A stretch of DNA of 64,000 nucleotides. Source: an uncultured Parachlamydiaceae bacterium. GTDB lineage: Bacteria > Chlamydiota > Chlamydiia > Chlamydiales > Parachlamydiaceae. The position numbers and the translations under genes were made by a program. Below, one piece after another: positions 37,827 to 48,095 of the stretch. The DNA lies in the NCBI GenBank assembly GCA_963742415.1, contig CAVULX010000003.1, positions 384,001 through 448,000 of the forward strand. Reading direction: 5' to 3'. The notes under the pieces were generated by a model, which made no database searches, was not told the DNA's origin, and saw nothing but the letters and a program-made list of their open reading frames with translations. How positions within the stretch are numbered: the stretch's first letter is position 1; each line of letters opens with the position of its first letter.

Positions 37827-39311
37827 TCAATGACGACTTTTTAGAGATTTCTGCTTTTTTGAGAATTTCTTTTTAATTTTCAGAAAGGAAGCAATTGTTC
37901 TAGGGCGTATGCGGCACACGGTGACCTTGCCCCCATAAAAGCCAAATCTTCGAATCGAATCCATCATGACATAGGTAATTACCAATGTTTTTTTAGTGCT
38001 TAAATTTTTGAATTCGTAAATAAAATCATACTCAATCTCATGACCAAAAGGAGACTCCCAAGTGGGATTTTCTTGATCAATATTCTGTCTCAAGCTAAAC
38101 TTCGATCCCTTATACTTAAATTTGAGCCCTTTCTTTATTAACTCATATTGAGCACTCATCCGTAAAAGAGGCATAATTAATTTTTGGTGCGTTAACTTTA
38201 ATCGGTTAACCTTTTTTTGATCTCGAGCCATCCGCTTTAAGAGGGATTCGTTGGCTCCTAAATAAGGCTCCTTTGAATTTCTAAGTATTGCTTCCAAATC
38301 TGCAATTGATTTACTTGCAAGCTCCTTTATGTTTCTGATAAGTTTAGGGTCGTTTCTGCCGCCGAGAATAAATCCGCTGCTCTCTTTGAATTCAGGCAAA
38401 AGAACCATATCTTTTTTGTTTTTTATTCGACATACCTTTGGTACTATCCATGGCTCGAAGGAGTTGAAGTAGGTACAATTATTTTTTCCCAACACTAACT
38501 CGGATTCAAAAGCACTATTTTCAAAGCCAAAAACAACTGTAGTTGCGTTAAGCTTCTTTAATCTGGTGATTTCGCCATCAAAAGCCACCCAAGTACCGTT
38601 TCGAACAACTGAAAAAACTTTGATCTCTTTTTCTTGAATGACAGCACAGTTTATCCTGAAGTCATCTACGATATGTTTCAAATAAATTTCTCGGCTCCGA
38701 TCTGTACAATCACCCATTTTCTGATAGCCTTCATTGATGAAGTGATCTCGATTAGAAAATAATTTTTCCTTTTCTTCAAGAGACCATTTTTCTCCTTTTT
38801 CTCCTTTTTGTCCACCAGGAACCAACTCACAAACTTCATCCCCAGAGGCACTTTCAGCCCAAATTAACCATCCATTATTCCCCCAATTGGGCTCTATAAC
38901 CGTATTGGGAAGGACTGCGCGTAATCGAGTATTTTTTACAAAAAGCCCACCACCGCTTTTTAAAACATCTATCTTCCCGTTACAAATATGGAGGTAAACA
39001 TCCTCATTTGCTTTATAAAGATACTCATTAATCCTTTTTAACCCCGCTGCAAGAAGCTTTTCTATCACTTTCATTTTATTGACAGCCCAAAGGCATTTAT
39101 CTTCAAAAGTTCCTTCTGGGGCTCTCTCTAAGGAAGAAAAATATTTATTTATTCGCAAGTGGCAGGGATCTTCTGGAAGAGTAATCATATTGTTGAATAG
39201 GCGGCAGGCAAGCTGGGCGGCAACAATATCCCTTCTCTTGAGATATTGAAGAATCAAGGCTACAACTTCATTAGGCAGAACATCACAATAATTTATTCCA
39301 TTGACTTCCAT
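37827..39311 (-). CDS. F-box protein, paralog 2
   Basis: DVLPNEVVALILQYLKRRDIVAAQLACRLFNNM fits the F-box consensus LPxEIxxxILxYL...VCK. Confidence 0.85.
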   Translation of the reverse strand: MEVNGINYCDVLPNEVVALILQYLKRRDIVAAQLACRLFNNMITLPEDPCHLRINKYFSSLERAPEGTFEDKCLWAVNKMKVIEKLLAAGLKRINEYLYKANEDVYLHICNGKIDVLKSGGGLFVKNTRLRAVLPNTVIEPNWGNNGWLIWAESASGDEVCELVPGGQKGEKGEKWSLEEKEKLFSNRDHFINEGYQKMGDCTDRSREIYLKHIVDDFRINCAVIQEKEIKVFSVVRNGTWVAFDGEITRLKKLNATTVVFGFENSAFESELVLGKNNCTYFNSFEPWIVPKVCRIKNKKDMVLLPEFKESSGFILGGRNDPKLIRNIKELASKSIADLEAILRNSKEPYLGANESLLKRMARDQKKVNRLKLTHQKLIMPLLRMSAQYELIKKGLKFKYKGSKFSLRQNIDQENPTWESPFGHEIEYDFIYEFKNLSTKKTLVITYVMMDSIRRFGFYGGKVTVCRIRPRTIASFLKIKKKFSKKQKSLKSRH

Positions 39312-39349
39312 AACAAATGGGTCTCCTGAGTTTTGGAAAGAGAAGAAAT

Positions 39350-40081
39350 TTATGCGTGATGCTCTTCAGGAACCATTTGAACGGAACTTTCCCAATTTTT
39401 TACATATTCCAGAAGAGTTTCTTTGTTGGGCTTGGATTGAAGCAATTTCATTGTTTGGGGCAGGCTGCTTAGATGGGCGATTTTGGCTAATAAGTGGAGG
39501 TGCCGTTTGTCTTCACAAGCAAACAGGAAGAACAGAGTATGAACCAATTTATGGTCGAGCGCTCCATAGGCCAAAGGCTTCTCAGGAAAGGCGACAACGA
39601 CGATATCTTGATGTGTATTTAACAGATAATCTCTTGTATGGGGAATCGCGATCCCATGGCCGATCCCTGTCGACTGCAAGTTTTCCCGGTCCATTAACAA
39701 GTCACTTAAAACTTCAGCATCGAGATTTAAATTTTTGGCTATAGTTCTCATTGTTGTGCGGATAACTTCTTCTTTTGAGGATCCCTGGACGGGGTCTACA
39801 ACCCCCCCTTTATGCAACGCTCGATAGAGGCTGTACTGTTTAATTCCCCCTTTTGCACTATTAATCTCTAATTCTTCGGTTTTATTTTTTTCTTTAAAAG
39901 GTCCGGCCTCATCATGGGTGCTCAATCGCTGGTTCATCACCCAAGACTCAATCTGCGTACGGCAAAAAAGATCTTGGTTTTTGATCCTATAAGCGGGAAT
40001 TTTTCCCTCGATTAACCAACGACGAACCGTTGCCTCTGAAACATTTAACAACTCGGCGACATCTTTGATCTTTAAGTCCAT
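39350..40081 (-). CDS. ptsN: PTS IIA (PtsN-type) with N-terminal excisionase-like HTH
   Basis: LKIKDVAELLNVSEATVRRW..GKIPA; RENLQSTGIGHGIAIPH; HLHLLAKIA. Confidence 0.92.
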   Translation of the reverse strand: MDLKIKDVAELLNVSEATVRRWLIEGKIPAYRIKNQDLFCRTQIESWVMNQRLSTHDEAGPFKEKNKTEELEINSAKGGIKQYSLYRALHKGGVVDPVQGSSKEEVIRTTMRTIAKNLNLDAEVLSDLLMDRENLQSTGIGHGIAIPHTRDYLLNTHQDIVVVAFPEKPLAYGALDHKLVHTLFFLFACEDKRHLHLLAKIAHLSSLPQTMKLLQSKPNKETLLEYVKNWESSVQMVPEEHHA

Positions 40082-40134
40082 ATAGCCACCTAGATAAAAT
40101 TCTGATTATTTACTCACCAAGGTGAGTCACCTAA

Positions 40135-40602
40135 TCAAAATGCCTTTAAAAGATCGATAATAGCTGCTACTGAATTCAGTGTTAACAATTTTTTGCGTCT
40201 TGATTCATCTTTTAATAAACTGGTCAATTTGGAAAGGATTTGTAAATACTCGGTCTGTTTGTCATCCGGCCCTCCAATCATAAAAATTAATCTTACTGGA
40301 GCTCCGTCTAAAGCATGCCAGTCTACCCCTTTTTGCAAAATAGCAATTGCTATAAAAAAATCATCGTACAAGGAATGTTTAGCATGGGGGATTGCAACTC
40401 CCATTCCAATGCCTGTCGAGACAATTTTTTCCCGGTCGATGATGGCTTTATAGAAAGCTTCCGGATCTTCTAACTTTCCATTTTGATGCAATTTTTTCAC
40501 AATGGCGCGCAGGGCTTCATCCCGCGTTTCAACATCTAAAAAAACAACAAGATTGGAATCCAGATACTTGGAAATTTTTATCATACTTGATTGTATATAC
40601 AA
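40135..40602 (-). CDS. ptsN: PTS IIA component (PtsN-type)
   Basis: REKIVSTGIGMGVAIPHAK, DWHALDGAPV. Confidence 0.92.
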   Translation of the reverse strand: MYIQSSMIKISKYLDSNLVVFLDVETRDEALRAIVKKLHQNGKLEDPEAFYKAIIDREKIVSTGIGMGVAIPHAKHSLYDDFFIAIAILQKGVDWHALDGAPVRLIFMIGGPDDKQTEYLQILSKLTSLLKDESRRKKLLTLNSVAAIIDLLKAF

Positions 40603-40614
40603 ATTAATAATTAT

Positions 40615-41067
40615 TTAATGGCTTCCCGTGTGGCCAAAGCCTCCAGCTCCCCGTTTTGTCGTCGTAAGATCTTTATCTAAAAGAAATTTGGCTTGAAACA
40701 CCGGAGAGATGACGATTTGGGCGATCCGCATCCCGGGGACAACCTCAAAATGCTCTTTACCATGGTTAATGAGGATAACCGCCAATTCCCCCCGATAATC
40801 TGCATCAATTGTGCCGGGGGTATTCAATACTGTAATGCCATGTTTTAATGCCAAACCGCTGCGCGGGCGCACTTGGATTTCATAGCCGCTGGGAATGGCA
40901 AGCCGCAACCCTGTGGGAACGAGCGCCGTGGTTCCGGGGGCTAAGGTAATTTTTTCTTTAATAAAGGCTTTAACATCCGCCCCGGAAGCTCCGACAGAAG
41001 CATAAACAGGCAGCTCGGCGCCCTCTTCGGCCAAAATGGAAATATCAATAGTTTGGTGCATTGGCAT
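40615..41067 (-). CDS. dut: dUTP diphosphatase
   Basis: [36 protein letters not shown]. Confidence 0.98.
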   Translation of the reverse strand: MPMHQTIDISILAEEGAELPVYASVGASGADVKAFIKEKITLAPGTTALVPTGLRLAIPSGYEIQVRPRSGLALKHGITVLNTPGTIDADYRGELAVILINHGKEHFEVVPGMRIAQIVISPVFQAKFLLDKDLTTTKRGAGGFGHTGSH

Positions 41068-41087
41068 GATCCTTTGTTTGCAAGGGG

Positions 41088-42008
41088 TTAAGGAATTGGG
41101 GTCTTCTTAATGGATGATTTTTTCAGTTGTGATTGTGAAGCATCATTTGCGGGTTCTTCCCCATTAATCGGCCTTCTTAAGAAATCAATAATTTCTGCTA
41201 ATTTACTTTTTAACTCATGCCGCTTAATAATGCAGTCAATCATCCCGTGATCTAAGAGGAATTCCGATTTTTGTGCTCCCGGAGGCAACTGCCGCCCAAT
41301 AGTTTGTTCGATGACCCGAGGGCCGGCAAAACAAATCAGGGCGTTGGGTTCCGCAATAATGATATCTCCCAAAGAGGCAAAAGAAGCGGTCACCCCCCCT
41401 GTCGTTGGGTTAGTCAAAATCGATATATAAGGAATTCGCGCTTCATGCAATTTGGCAAGGGCAGCTGAAGTTTTGGCCATTTGCATCAAGGAAAGGGTGG
41501 ATTCCTGCATGCGAGCTCCGCCTGAAGTAGAAACGATGACCAAAGGGATTCTTTCCGATAAGGCGTATTCAATGAGAAGGGTCAACCGTTCCCCTACGAC
41601 TGAGCCCATGGATCCCCCCATAAAATTGAAGTCCATGACTCCTAAAGCAACAGGAACTGAATTGATTAAACACCTTCCTACGATGACCGCTTCATCATGG
41701 CCCGATTTTTCTTGCGCGTTGCGCAATCTTTCGTAATAGGGTTCTGTATCCACAAAATGCAAAGAGTCGAACGATTGGGGTTCTGTAAAAAGTTGCTGGA
41801 AGGTATTGGGGTCAACGAGAAGTTTAATCCGTTCGTCGGACGACAACCGGTAGTGGTAGTCACATTTAGGGCAGCAGTTACTATTGCGTTGCAATTCATC
41901 CGAATGGATCATCTCAGTGCAATGCGTGCATTTCAGCCAGCCGCTGAAACCATCTTTTTTTGAAGTTTGAACTTTTATTTTGGGTTTATCGCGAGAGAAT
42001 AATCCCAT
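41088..42008 (-). CDS. accD: Acetyl-CoA carboxylase carboxyltransferase beta subunit
   Basis: Zn finger [36 protein letters not shown]. Confidence 0.98.
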   Translation of the reverse strand: MGLFSRDKPKIKVQTSKKDGFSGWLKCTHCTEMIHSDELQRNSNCCPKCDYHYRLSSDERIKLLVDPNTFQQLFTEPQSFDSLHFVDTEPYYERLRNAQEKSGHDEAVIVGRCLINSVPVALGVMDFNFMGGSMGSVVGERLTLLIEYALSERIPLVIVSTSGGARMQESTLSLMQMAKTSAALAKLHEARIPYISILTNPTTGGVTASFASLGDIIIAEPNALICFAGPRVIEQTIGRQLPPGAQKSEFLLDHGMIDCIIKRHELKSKLAEIIDFLRRPINGEEPANDASQSQLKKSSIKKTPIP

Positions 42009-42084
42009 TAATGCTCACTATTTTTTTTTAAACAAAGCTAATTTTACGTATATGCCTTATTATTAACAAGAAAGAATTTTGATC

Positions 42085-42113
42085 TGCAGCAATTTTATAT
42101 AAAAATTGCTGCA
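42085..42113. terminator. Hairpin downstream of sod
   Basis: tgcagcaatttt-atata-aaaattgctgca. Confidence 0.5.
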
Positions 42114-42126
42114 AAATCGATATTTG

Positions 42127-42780
42127 CTAAGCCGATGCTGCGGCTGCGAGTCTTTCAGCTACATTCTTCCAATTGATGATTCCCCAGATTGCTTTGAGAT
42201 AATCCGCTCTTGCATTCTTATATTGTAAATAATAAGCATGTTCCCAAACGTCAATACCTAAAAGAGGGACTAAGCCTGTTAATGGATCTTGGTTACTGCA
42301 TGTGACGATGTCGAGTCTTTTGCTGCTTTTGCAATATCCAAGCCATCCCCATCCCGATCCTTGAATAGCCACTGTTTTGGTGCTGAAATTTTCGATGAAT
42401 TTGTCCAATGAGCCCCATTGTTGGTTAATGGCTTCGCTCAATTTTCCTTGGGGTGGTTCCCCTCCCCCTTTATTTTTTGGCGCTAAGTTTGTCCAGAAAA
42501 TGCTATGGTTAATATGTCCCCCGCCATTAAATTTAATCGCAGGTTGCAAACTGATCAAGGCTTGCAAATCCCCTTTGCACTCTGCATCGCAATATTGTTC
42601 TAAAGCTTTATTTAAATTGGTCACATAACCTTGGTGATGCTTGTTGTAATGCAAATTCATAATTTCCGCGCTAATCACGGGTTCTAAGGCATTTAAATCG
42701 TAAGGCAACGGAGGCAATTGATAGGATAGTGCCTTAGATTTTTTATTTTCTTGATTTCCTGTCATACAACATTGTGTCAT
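42127..42780 (-). CDS. sodA: Mn/Fe superoxide dismutase (Mn-type signature)
   Basis: [39 protein letters not shown]. Confidence 0.95.
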   Translation of the reverse strand: MTQCCMTGNQENKKSKALSYQLPPLPYDLNALEPVISAEIMNLHYNKHHQGYVTNLNKALEQYCDAECKGDLQALISLQPAIKFNGGGHINHSIFWTNLAPKNKGGGEPPQGKLSEAINQQWGSLDKFIENFSTKTVAIQGSGWGWLGYCKSSKRLDIVTCSNQDPLTGLVPLLGIDVWEHAYYLQYKNARADYLKAIWGIINWKNVAERLAAAASA

Positions 42781-42910
42781 ACAAAACTTCTCCTTCTTTA
42801 TAATTTTCCATATAATAGTCGATAGGGGTAATCCCCAGTTTGAAACAACAGCACTAATTTAGCAACTGGTGTTTTCTGAAAAATCTTAAAGTCTGCTACA
42901 ATTTTCGATT

Positions 42911-43552
42911 ATGGATGAGTTTGTTCCTTTAACACCTATCAATTTTTTTCAAATTCAAACCGATTGTCTTCATTTAAAAACAGAATTTTCCAAATTGCCT
43001 CCTGCCGAATTCCGCAAATACCTGCTTCCCGATTTAACCCCTTTGTGCTCAGAAAATCCCTTTGCTGAAGTGGCTGTTGGGTGGAACCAAGAGGGCTTTC
43101 AAGCCTTTGTCACTGTCTCCCAACCCTATCGACATTGTTTTTATCCCGATGTTACCCGCGGAGACAGCGTCGAACTTTTCATCGACACCCGGGATGTCAA
43201 AACCTCCGGATTCAACACCCGTTTTTGCCACCATTTTTTCTTTTTGCCTGAGGCGATCGAAGGACATTATGCTGGGGAGATCACCCGTTTTCGTACAGAA
43301 GATACCCACGAGCTTTGCGACGCTAAAGAACTCAAAATTAAAACCAAGCTCAAAAATTCCACCTATTCAATGCAAATTTTCATTCCCAACCAATGCTTGC
43401 ATGGATATGATCCTGAACAATTTGACCGGTTAGGCTTTGCTTATCGAATTAACCGCCCTGATGGACCTCCCCAGCATTTTTCTGTGGTGACGAACGATTA
43501 TCAAATCGAACAGCAACCTTCATTATGGAGCAGCATGAGGTTATTGAAATGA
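42911..43552 (+). CDS. Conserved hypothetical protein (CBM9/DOMON-like beta fold suspected)
   Basis: GDSVELFIDTRD, FCHHFFFLP, LHGYDP..RLGFAY; ATGA-coupled to gcvT. Confidence 0.7.
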   Translation: MDEFVPLTPINFFQIQTDCLHLKTEFSKLPPAEFRKYLLPDLTPLCSENPFAEVAVGWNQEGFQAFVTVSQPYRHCFYPDVTRGDSVELFIDTRDVKTSGFNTRFCHHFFFLPEAIEGHYAGEITRFRTEDTHELCDAKELKIKTKLKNSTYSMQIFIPNQCLHGYDPEQFDRLGFAYRINRPDGPPQHFSVVTNDYQIEQQPSLWSSMRLLK

Positions 43553-44661
43553 AAACAGCTTTATATGAGGAACATCTTGCCTTGGGCGCCAAGATGGTGA
43601 CATTTGCGGAATGGGAAATGCCGATCCATTACAAAGGGGTGATTGCTGAACATCTGGCTGTCCGGCAGCATGTGGGAATCTTTGATGTTTCCCATATGGG
43701 AAGGATCCTCATCAGCGGCGAAGAGGCGGAGCCTTTCTTAGATTATCTTTCAACCAATAAAATTGCGGGAAAGCCCGATTTATCAGCCGTCTACACCGTT
43801 TGGCCTGACATGTCCGGGGGAAGTGTCGATGATGTCATCGTCTACAAGGTCGATGACGCCCACTTTTTTGTGATTGTCAATGCTGCCAATAGAGAGAAAG
43901 ACCTTCATCACCTTCTAGAGCAAGGTCAAGTTTTCGACGTCGTAATCAAAGATCTATACAAAGAAGAGGGGATCCTTGCCATTCAAGGTCCCGATGCCAT
44001 TAAAGTGGCTCTAAAGATATTTCCTGAGGCCTCTAAAATCACTCCGATGCATTTTATCACCACGTCATACAAAGGTCATGCAGTCATCTTATCCGGCACA
44101 GGTTATACAGGCGCGGGGGGATTAGAGATCTATGCTCCAAGCCCCTGCATTGTAGAACTCTGGAAAAGGTTTTTGAAAGATGGAAAGGATGAAAAAATAG
44201 AACCTGCCGGCCTCGGAGCCAGGGACACACTCCGCCTCGAAATGGGATATGCCTTGTATGGACATGAGCTTTCCGATGCCATTGCCGCTAACGAAAGTGT
44301 TTCAGCCTGGACTGTCAAGTGGAATAAAGAGGATTTTCTAGGCAAAACTTTCATGCAACAATTAGAAGACAATCACTCTAAAAGATATCAGCATGGAATT
44401 ATTTTGCTTGATAAGGGAATTGCCAGGGAAGGATATAAAGTATATAAAAATGGAATTCCGATTGGAGATGTGACATCGGGTACCCATTCCCCCACATTAA
44501 ATAAAGCCATTGCTATTATATTAGTTTCGGAAGCTCTGCAAGAAGGGGATATTGTGGAGGTGGAAATCAGACAAAACCGTGCCCAAGCAGAGGTCGTCTC
44601 TTTGCCATTTTTGAAAATAAAAGCTTTATCACAAACCACTCACAAGGATAAGCAGCAATGA
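43549..44661 (+). CDS. gcvT: Glycine cleavage T protein
   Basis: FDVSHMG, TGYTG, GLGARDTLRLE, VTSG. Confidence 0.97.
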   Translation: MKTALYEEHLALGAKMVTFAEWEMPIHYKGVIAEHLAVRQHVGIFDVSHMGRILISGEEAEPFLDYLSTNKIAGKPDLSAVYTVWPDMSGGSVDDVIVYKVDDAHFFVIVNAANREKDLHHLLEQGQVFDVVIKDLYKEEGILAIQGPDAIKVALKIFPEASKITPMHFITTSYKGHAVILSGTGYTGAGGLEIYAPSPCIVELWKRFLKDGKDEKIEPAGLGARDTLRLEMGYALYGHELSDAIAANESVSAWTVKWNKEDFLGKTFMQQLEDNHSKRYQHGIILLDKGIAREGYKVYKNGIPIGDVTSGTHSPTLNKAIAIILVSEALQEGDIVEVEIRQNRAQAEVVSLPFLKIKALSQTTHKDKQQ

Positions 44662-45026
44662 AATTCACAGAAACCCATGAATGGATAAAAACATATGAAA
44701 ACGTCGGTACCATCGGTGTGACTAACTTTGCGCAAAAAGAACTTGGCGATATTGTCTACGTCGAACTTCCCAAAGTTGGGAAAATGGTTAAAAGCGGAGA
44801 AGAGATCGCTGTTCTGGAGTCAACCAAAGCCGCGGCTGATGTCTATTCTCCCGTTTCAGGCATCATTACAGAGATCAACCAAGTCCTTAACGTTTCTCCA
44901 GATCTCATTAACAAATCGGCAGAAGAAGAGGGATGGATCTGCAAAGTCAAGCTAAGCGACGAAAAAGAGCTCGATAGCCTGATGGACATCAAAATGTATC
45001 AAGCAAAAGTAGGTTCTCCTACATAA
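44658..45026 (+). CDS. gcvH: Glycine cleavage H protein
   Basis: HEW, AQKELGDIVYVELP, lipoyl motif ESTKAA. Confidence 0.97.
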   Translation: MKFTETHEWIKTYENVGTIGVTNFAQKELGDIVYVELPKVGKMVKSGEEIAVLESTKAAADVYSPVSGIITEINQVLNVSPDLINKSAEEEGWICKVKLSDEKELDSLMDIKMYQAKVGSPT

Positions 45027-45047
45027 AGAACACAGCTGTAGACATAC

Positions 45048-46391
45048 ATGGACTTTATTTCAAATAAAGAATCTCAAATCAAAGAAATGTTGGAAGCCCT
45101 CGGGGTTCGAACAATCGATGACCTTTTTCAAGTAGTTCCTGAAACCTTGCGCTTAGCTCCGCCTGCCGAAGATGATGGCTTAAGCGAATATGAAGGGATC
45201 TGCCTTCTTCAAGCTTTAGGCTCAAAAAATACCTACCCGCAATATGAGAATTATTTAGGCGCAGGGGCCTACGAGCATCATGTCCCAGCTCTTGTTCCTG
45301 CCATTTGCAGTAAATCTGAATTTTTAACTTCCTATACCCCTTATCAGCCTGAAGCTTCCCAAGGCATGCTTCAAACCATTTTTGAATTTCAATCTGCGAT
45401 TTGCGCCCTTACGGGGATGGATGTTTCCAATGCTTCATTGTACGATGGAGCTGCAGCTTGCGCTGAAGCGATGCTAATGGCTTTACGCCTAAAGAAAGAG
45501 CGCTCAAAAGTTTTGATTGGACGCTCTGTTCATCCCAACTATAGAGCTGTTGTAGAACAATACCTTGTCAGCCACAACACGCCCATTGAAACCATCCCTT
45601 TTTTGAAAAATGGGTCTATCGATCTCGCTAGATTAAATGAATTATTGGATGATCATACCGCAGCCATCCTTGTTCAATACCCCAACTTCTTAGGCATTGT
45701 AGAGGATCTCCGGCCTATCGCTGCTAAAGCTAAAGAGAAAGGATGTTTAACAATCATTTCTGCAAACCCTTTAGCCTATGGTTTGTTTGCTTCTGCTGCA
45801 GAACTTGGTGCAGATATAGCTGTCGGGGATGCCCAACCTTTTGGCCTCCCTTTGCAGTATGGGGGACCTTATGTCGGCTACATTGCGTGCAAGCAAGAGC
45901 TCGTGAGGCAGCTGCCAGGCAGAATTGCAGGGGAAACTGTCGACACTCTTGGCAGGCGGGGATTCGTTTTAACACTGCAGGCTCGGGAGCAACATATCCG
46001 GCGGGAAAAAGCCACTTCAAACATTTGCACAAATCAGGCTTTGGCAGCTTTGGCATGCCTTATAGGGATCTTATGGTATGGAAAAAACGGGGTCGGTCAA
46101 TTGTCCTTAACAAATTATCAACGGGCATCCTATTTAAAAGAAAAACTTGCCGCCATACCCGGAATTTCCCTTTTGGGGGAATTAACCACTTTTAACGAAT
46201 TCGTCGTCAAAGTGAACAGGCCTCTCGAGGAAGTGCAAAAGATTTTTAGACAAGAGAAAATCGAACCCGGCCTCGACTTAGGGCGATTTTATCCGGAATT
46301 AAATGAACATCTGCTTGTCTCTGTAACCGAAACAAAGTCGAAAGAACAGCTAGACCGGTATATCCGTGTTGCGCAGCAAGCTTTAGCCTAA
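45048..46391 (+). CDS. gcvPA: Glycine dehydrogenase subunit 1
   Basis: YTPYQPEASQG, NASLYDG, REQHIRREKATSNICTNQ. Confidence 0.97.
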   Translation: MDFISNKESQIKEMLEALGVRTIDDLFQVVPETLRLAPPAEDDGLSEYEGICLLQALGSKNTYPQYENYLGAGAYEHHVPALVPAICSKSEFLTSYTPYQPEASQGMLQTIFEFQSAICALTGMDVSNASLYDGAAACAEAMLMALRLKKERSKVLIGRSVHPNYRAVVEQYLVSHNTPIETIPFLKNGSIDLARLNELLDDHTAAILVQYPNFLGIVEDLRPIAAKAKEKGCLTIISANPLAYGLFASAAELGADIAVGDAQPFGLPLQYGGPYVGYIACKQELVRQLPGRIAGETVDTLGRRGFVLTLQAREQHIRREKATSNICTNQALAALACLIGILWYGKNGVGQLSLTNYQRASYLKEKLAAIPGISLLGELTTFNEFVVKVNRPLEEVQKIFRQEKIEPGLDLGRFYPELNEHLLVSVTETKSKEQLDRYIRVAQQALA

Positions 46392-46417
46392 TTTGTTGAA
46401 TTTGAGAGAATATTTGC

Positions 46418-47860
46418 ATGACCAAAACCATTTTTGAAAAAAGCCAAGCTGGCCAACACGCCTATAGCCTCCCGAAAAGCGATCCTGAATTTGAAAAATT
46501 CCTGCCTCCTGCTTCCCTGCAGCGTAAAGAACCTCTTCATCTGCCGGAAGTGTCCGAAATCGATCTAACCCGCCATTTTTGCGCTCTCGCAAAACGAAAT
46601 ATGGGGATCGATACCAACTTTTACCCTTTGGGAAGCTGCACGATGAAACTGAATCCGCGGGTGAATGAGTGGGCGGCAGCTCTCCCCTCATTTTCAAAGA
46701 TGCACCCTCTAGCGCCAGAAGAAGCTTCTCAAGGCAACTTACAAATTATCTTTGAACTGATCGCAATCCTTTGCGAAGTGTGCGGCATGACCGCCGGCTC
46801 CCTCCTTCCCAACGCAGGAGCCCAAGGGGAATTCACCGGGATCCGGATGATCGCCGAATATCATCGCAAGCAAGGGCAGACAGGCAGGCGTGAAATGTTA
46901 ATACCCGACAACGCCCATGGAACAAATCCTGCAACCGCCGCTATGGCGGGCTTCATCACAATTCCCATCCGCACAAATCTTCAAGGGGATATGGACCTTA
47001 ACCATTTGTGCAGCACGGTTTCAGATAGGACAGCCGGATTGATGTTAACAAATCCAAATACAATGGGTTTGTTCAGCCCCGCCATCATAGAGATCGCTGC
47101 GATGATCCACAAAAGCGGAGGCTTATTGTTTTACGATGGCGCCAACCTCAACCCAATGCTAAATGTCGTCCGCCCTGGAGACATGGGATTTGATGTGATG
47201 CATATCAATTTGCATAAAACATTTTCTACTCCCCATGGGGGAGGAGGACCAGGGTCAGGTCCTGTTTTGTGCAATGAAAAATTAAAAGAGTTTCTTCCGG
47301 TTCCCCGGGTGGAAAAAGGGGATCCTTTTTACCGTCTAATCTGGAATGATCCGTCGAGCATCGGGAAAATAGCTTCTTTCCATGGCAACTTTGGGATTTA
47401 TCTGAGGGCTTATTTGTATGCTAAACTTCATGGCCGCTATGGATTGAGGCGTATCGCTGAAATGGCGGTATTGAATGCCAATTATTTAAAAAAGGCGTGC
47501 GGCGAATTATTTACACTGCCTTATCCGCAAACTTGCATGCACGAGTTTGTCGTCCAAGCAGATAATTACCTTAACAAAGGCGTTCGTGCTCTAGATATTG
47601 CAAAACGCCTTTTAGATTACGGTGTGCATGCACCTACAGTCTATTTTCCCTTAATTGTCAAAGAATGCATGCTGATCGAGCCTACGGAAAGCGAATCCAA
47701 AGCAACGTTGGATGCTTTCATTGATATTTTGAAGAAAATTGTACGAGAGATCCAAGAAAATCCCGACCTTGTCAAAACAGCCCCCCATACTATGCCTGTC
47801 ACCAGGCTCGATGAAGCCTTAGCTGCCCGAAAGCCTGTGCTTAAGCATCAAACGGATTAA
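46418..47860 (+). CDS. gcvPB: Glycine dehydrogenase subunit 2
   Basis: PLGSCTMKLN, AHGTNPA, DGANLN, NLHKTFSTPHGGGGPG, IEPTESE. Confidence 0.97.
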   Translation: MTKTIFEKSQAGQHAYSLPKSDPEFEKFLPPASLQRKEPLHLPEVSEIDLTRHFCALAKRNMGIDTNFYPLGSCTMKLNPRVNEWAAALPSFSKMHPLAPEEASQGNLQIIFELIAILCEVCGMTAGSLLPNAGAQGEFTGIRMIAEYHRKQGQTGRREMLIPDNAHGTNPATAAMAGFITIPIRTNLQGDMDLNHLCSTVSDRTAGLMLTNPNTMGLFSPAIIEIAAMIHKSGGLLFYDGANLNPMLNVVRPGDMGFDVMHINLHKTFSTPHGGGGPGSGPVLCNEKLKEFLPVPRVEKGDPFYRLIWNDPSSIGKIASFHGNFGIYLRAYLYAKLHGRYGLRRIAEMAVLNANYLKKACGELFTLPYPQTCMHEFVVQADNYLNKGVRALDIAKRLLDYGVHAPTVYFPLIVKECMLIEPTESESKATLDAFIDILKKIVREIQENPDLVKTAPHTMPVTRLDEALAARKPVLKHQTD

Positions 47861-48095
47861 GCGCAAAATTTCCTGTTCAAATGACAACATTTTTTAAAAA
47901 ATTATTTCACTAGGTTTTCCATTCGTTCTTCTCTGGGCAAATGCAAGTAAAAATTGTAAATAAATTTTTATAAAAAGTTTGAAAATAAATTATTTTTTAA
48001 GTTATGAAAAATAAAGAAACAATGCGCATTTATAGAAACTCAAAGTTCAGGTTAGAAAGGCAAAAAATCAGAAATTTATAAATAAGGGGGGAAAC

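Noticed and set aside
39301-39744. Plus-strand 147-aa ORF and similar short overlapping ORFs throughout the track
   Set aside because: Antisense or out-of-frame shadows of well-supported genes.
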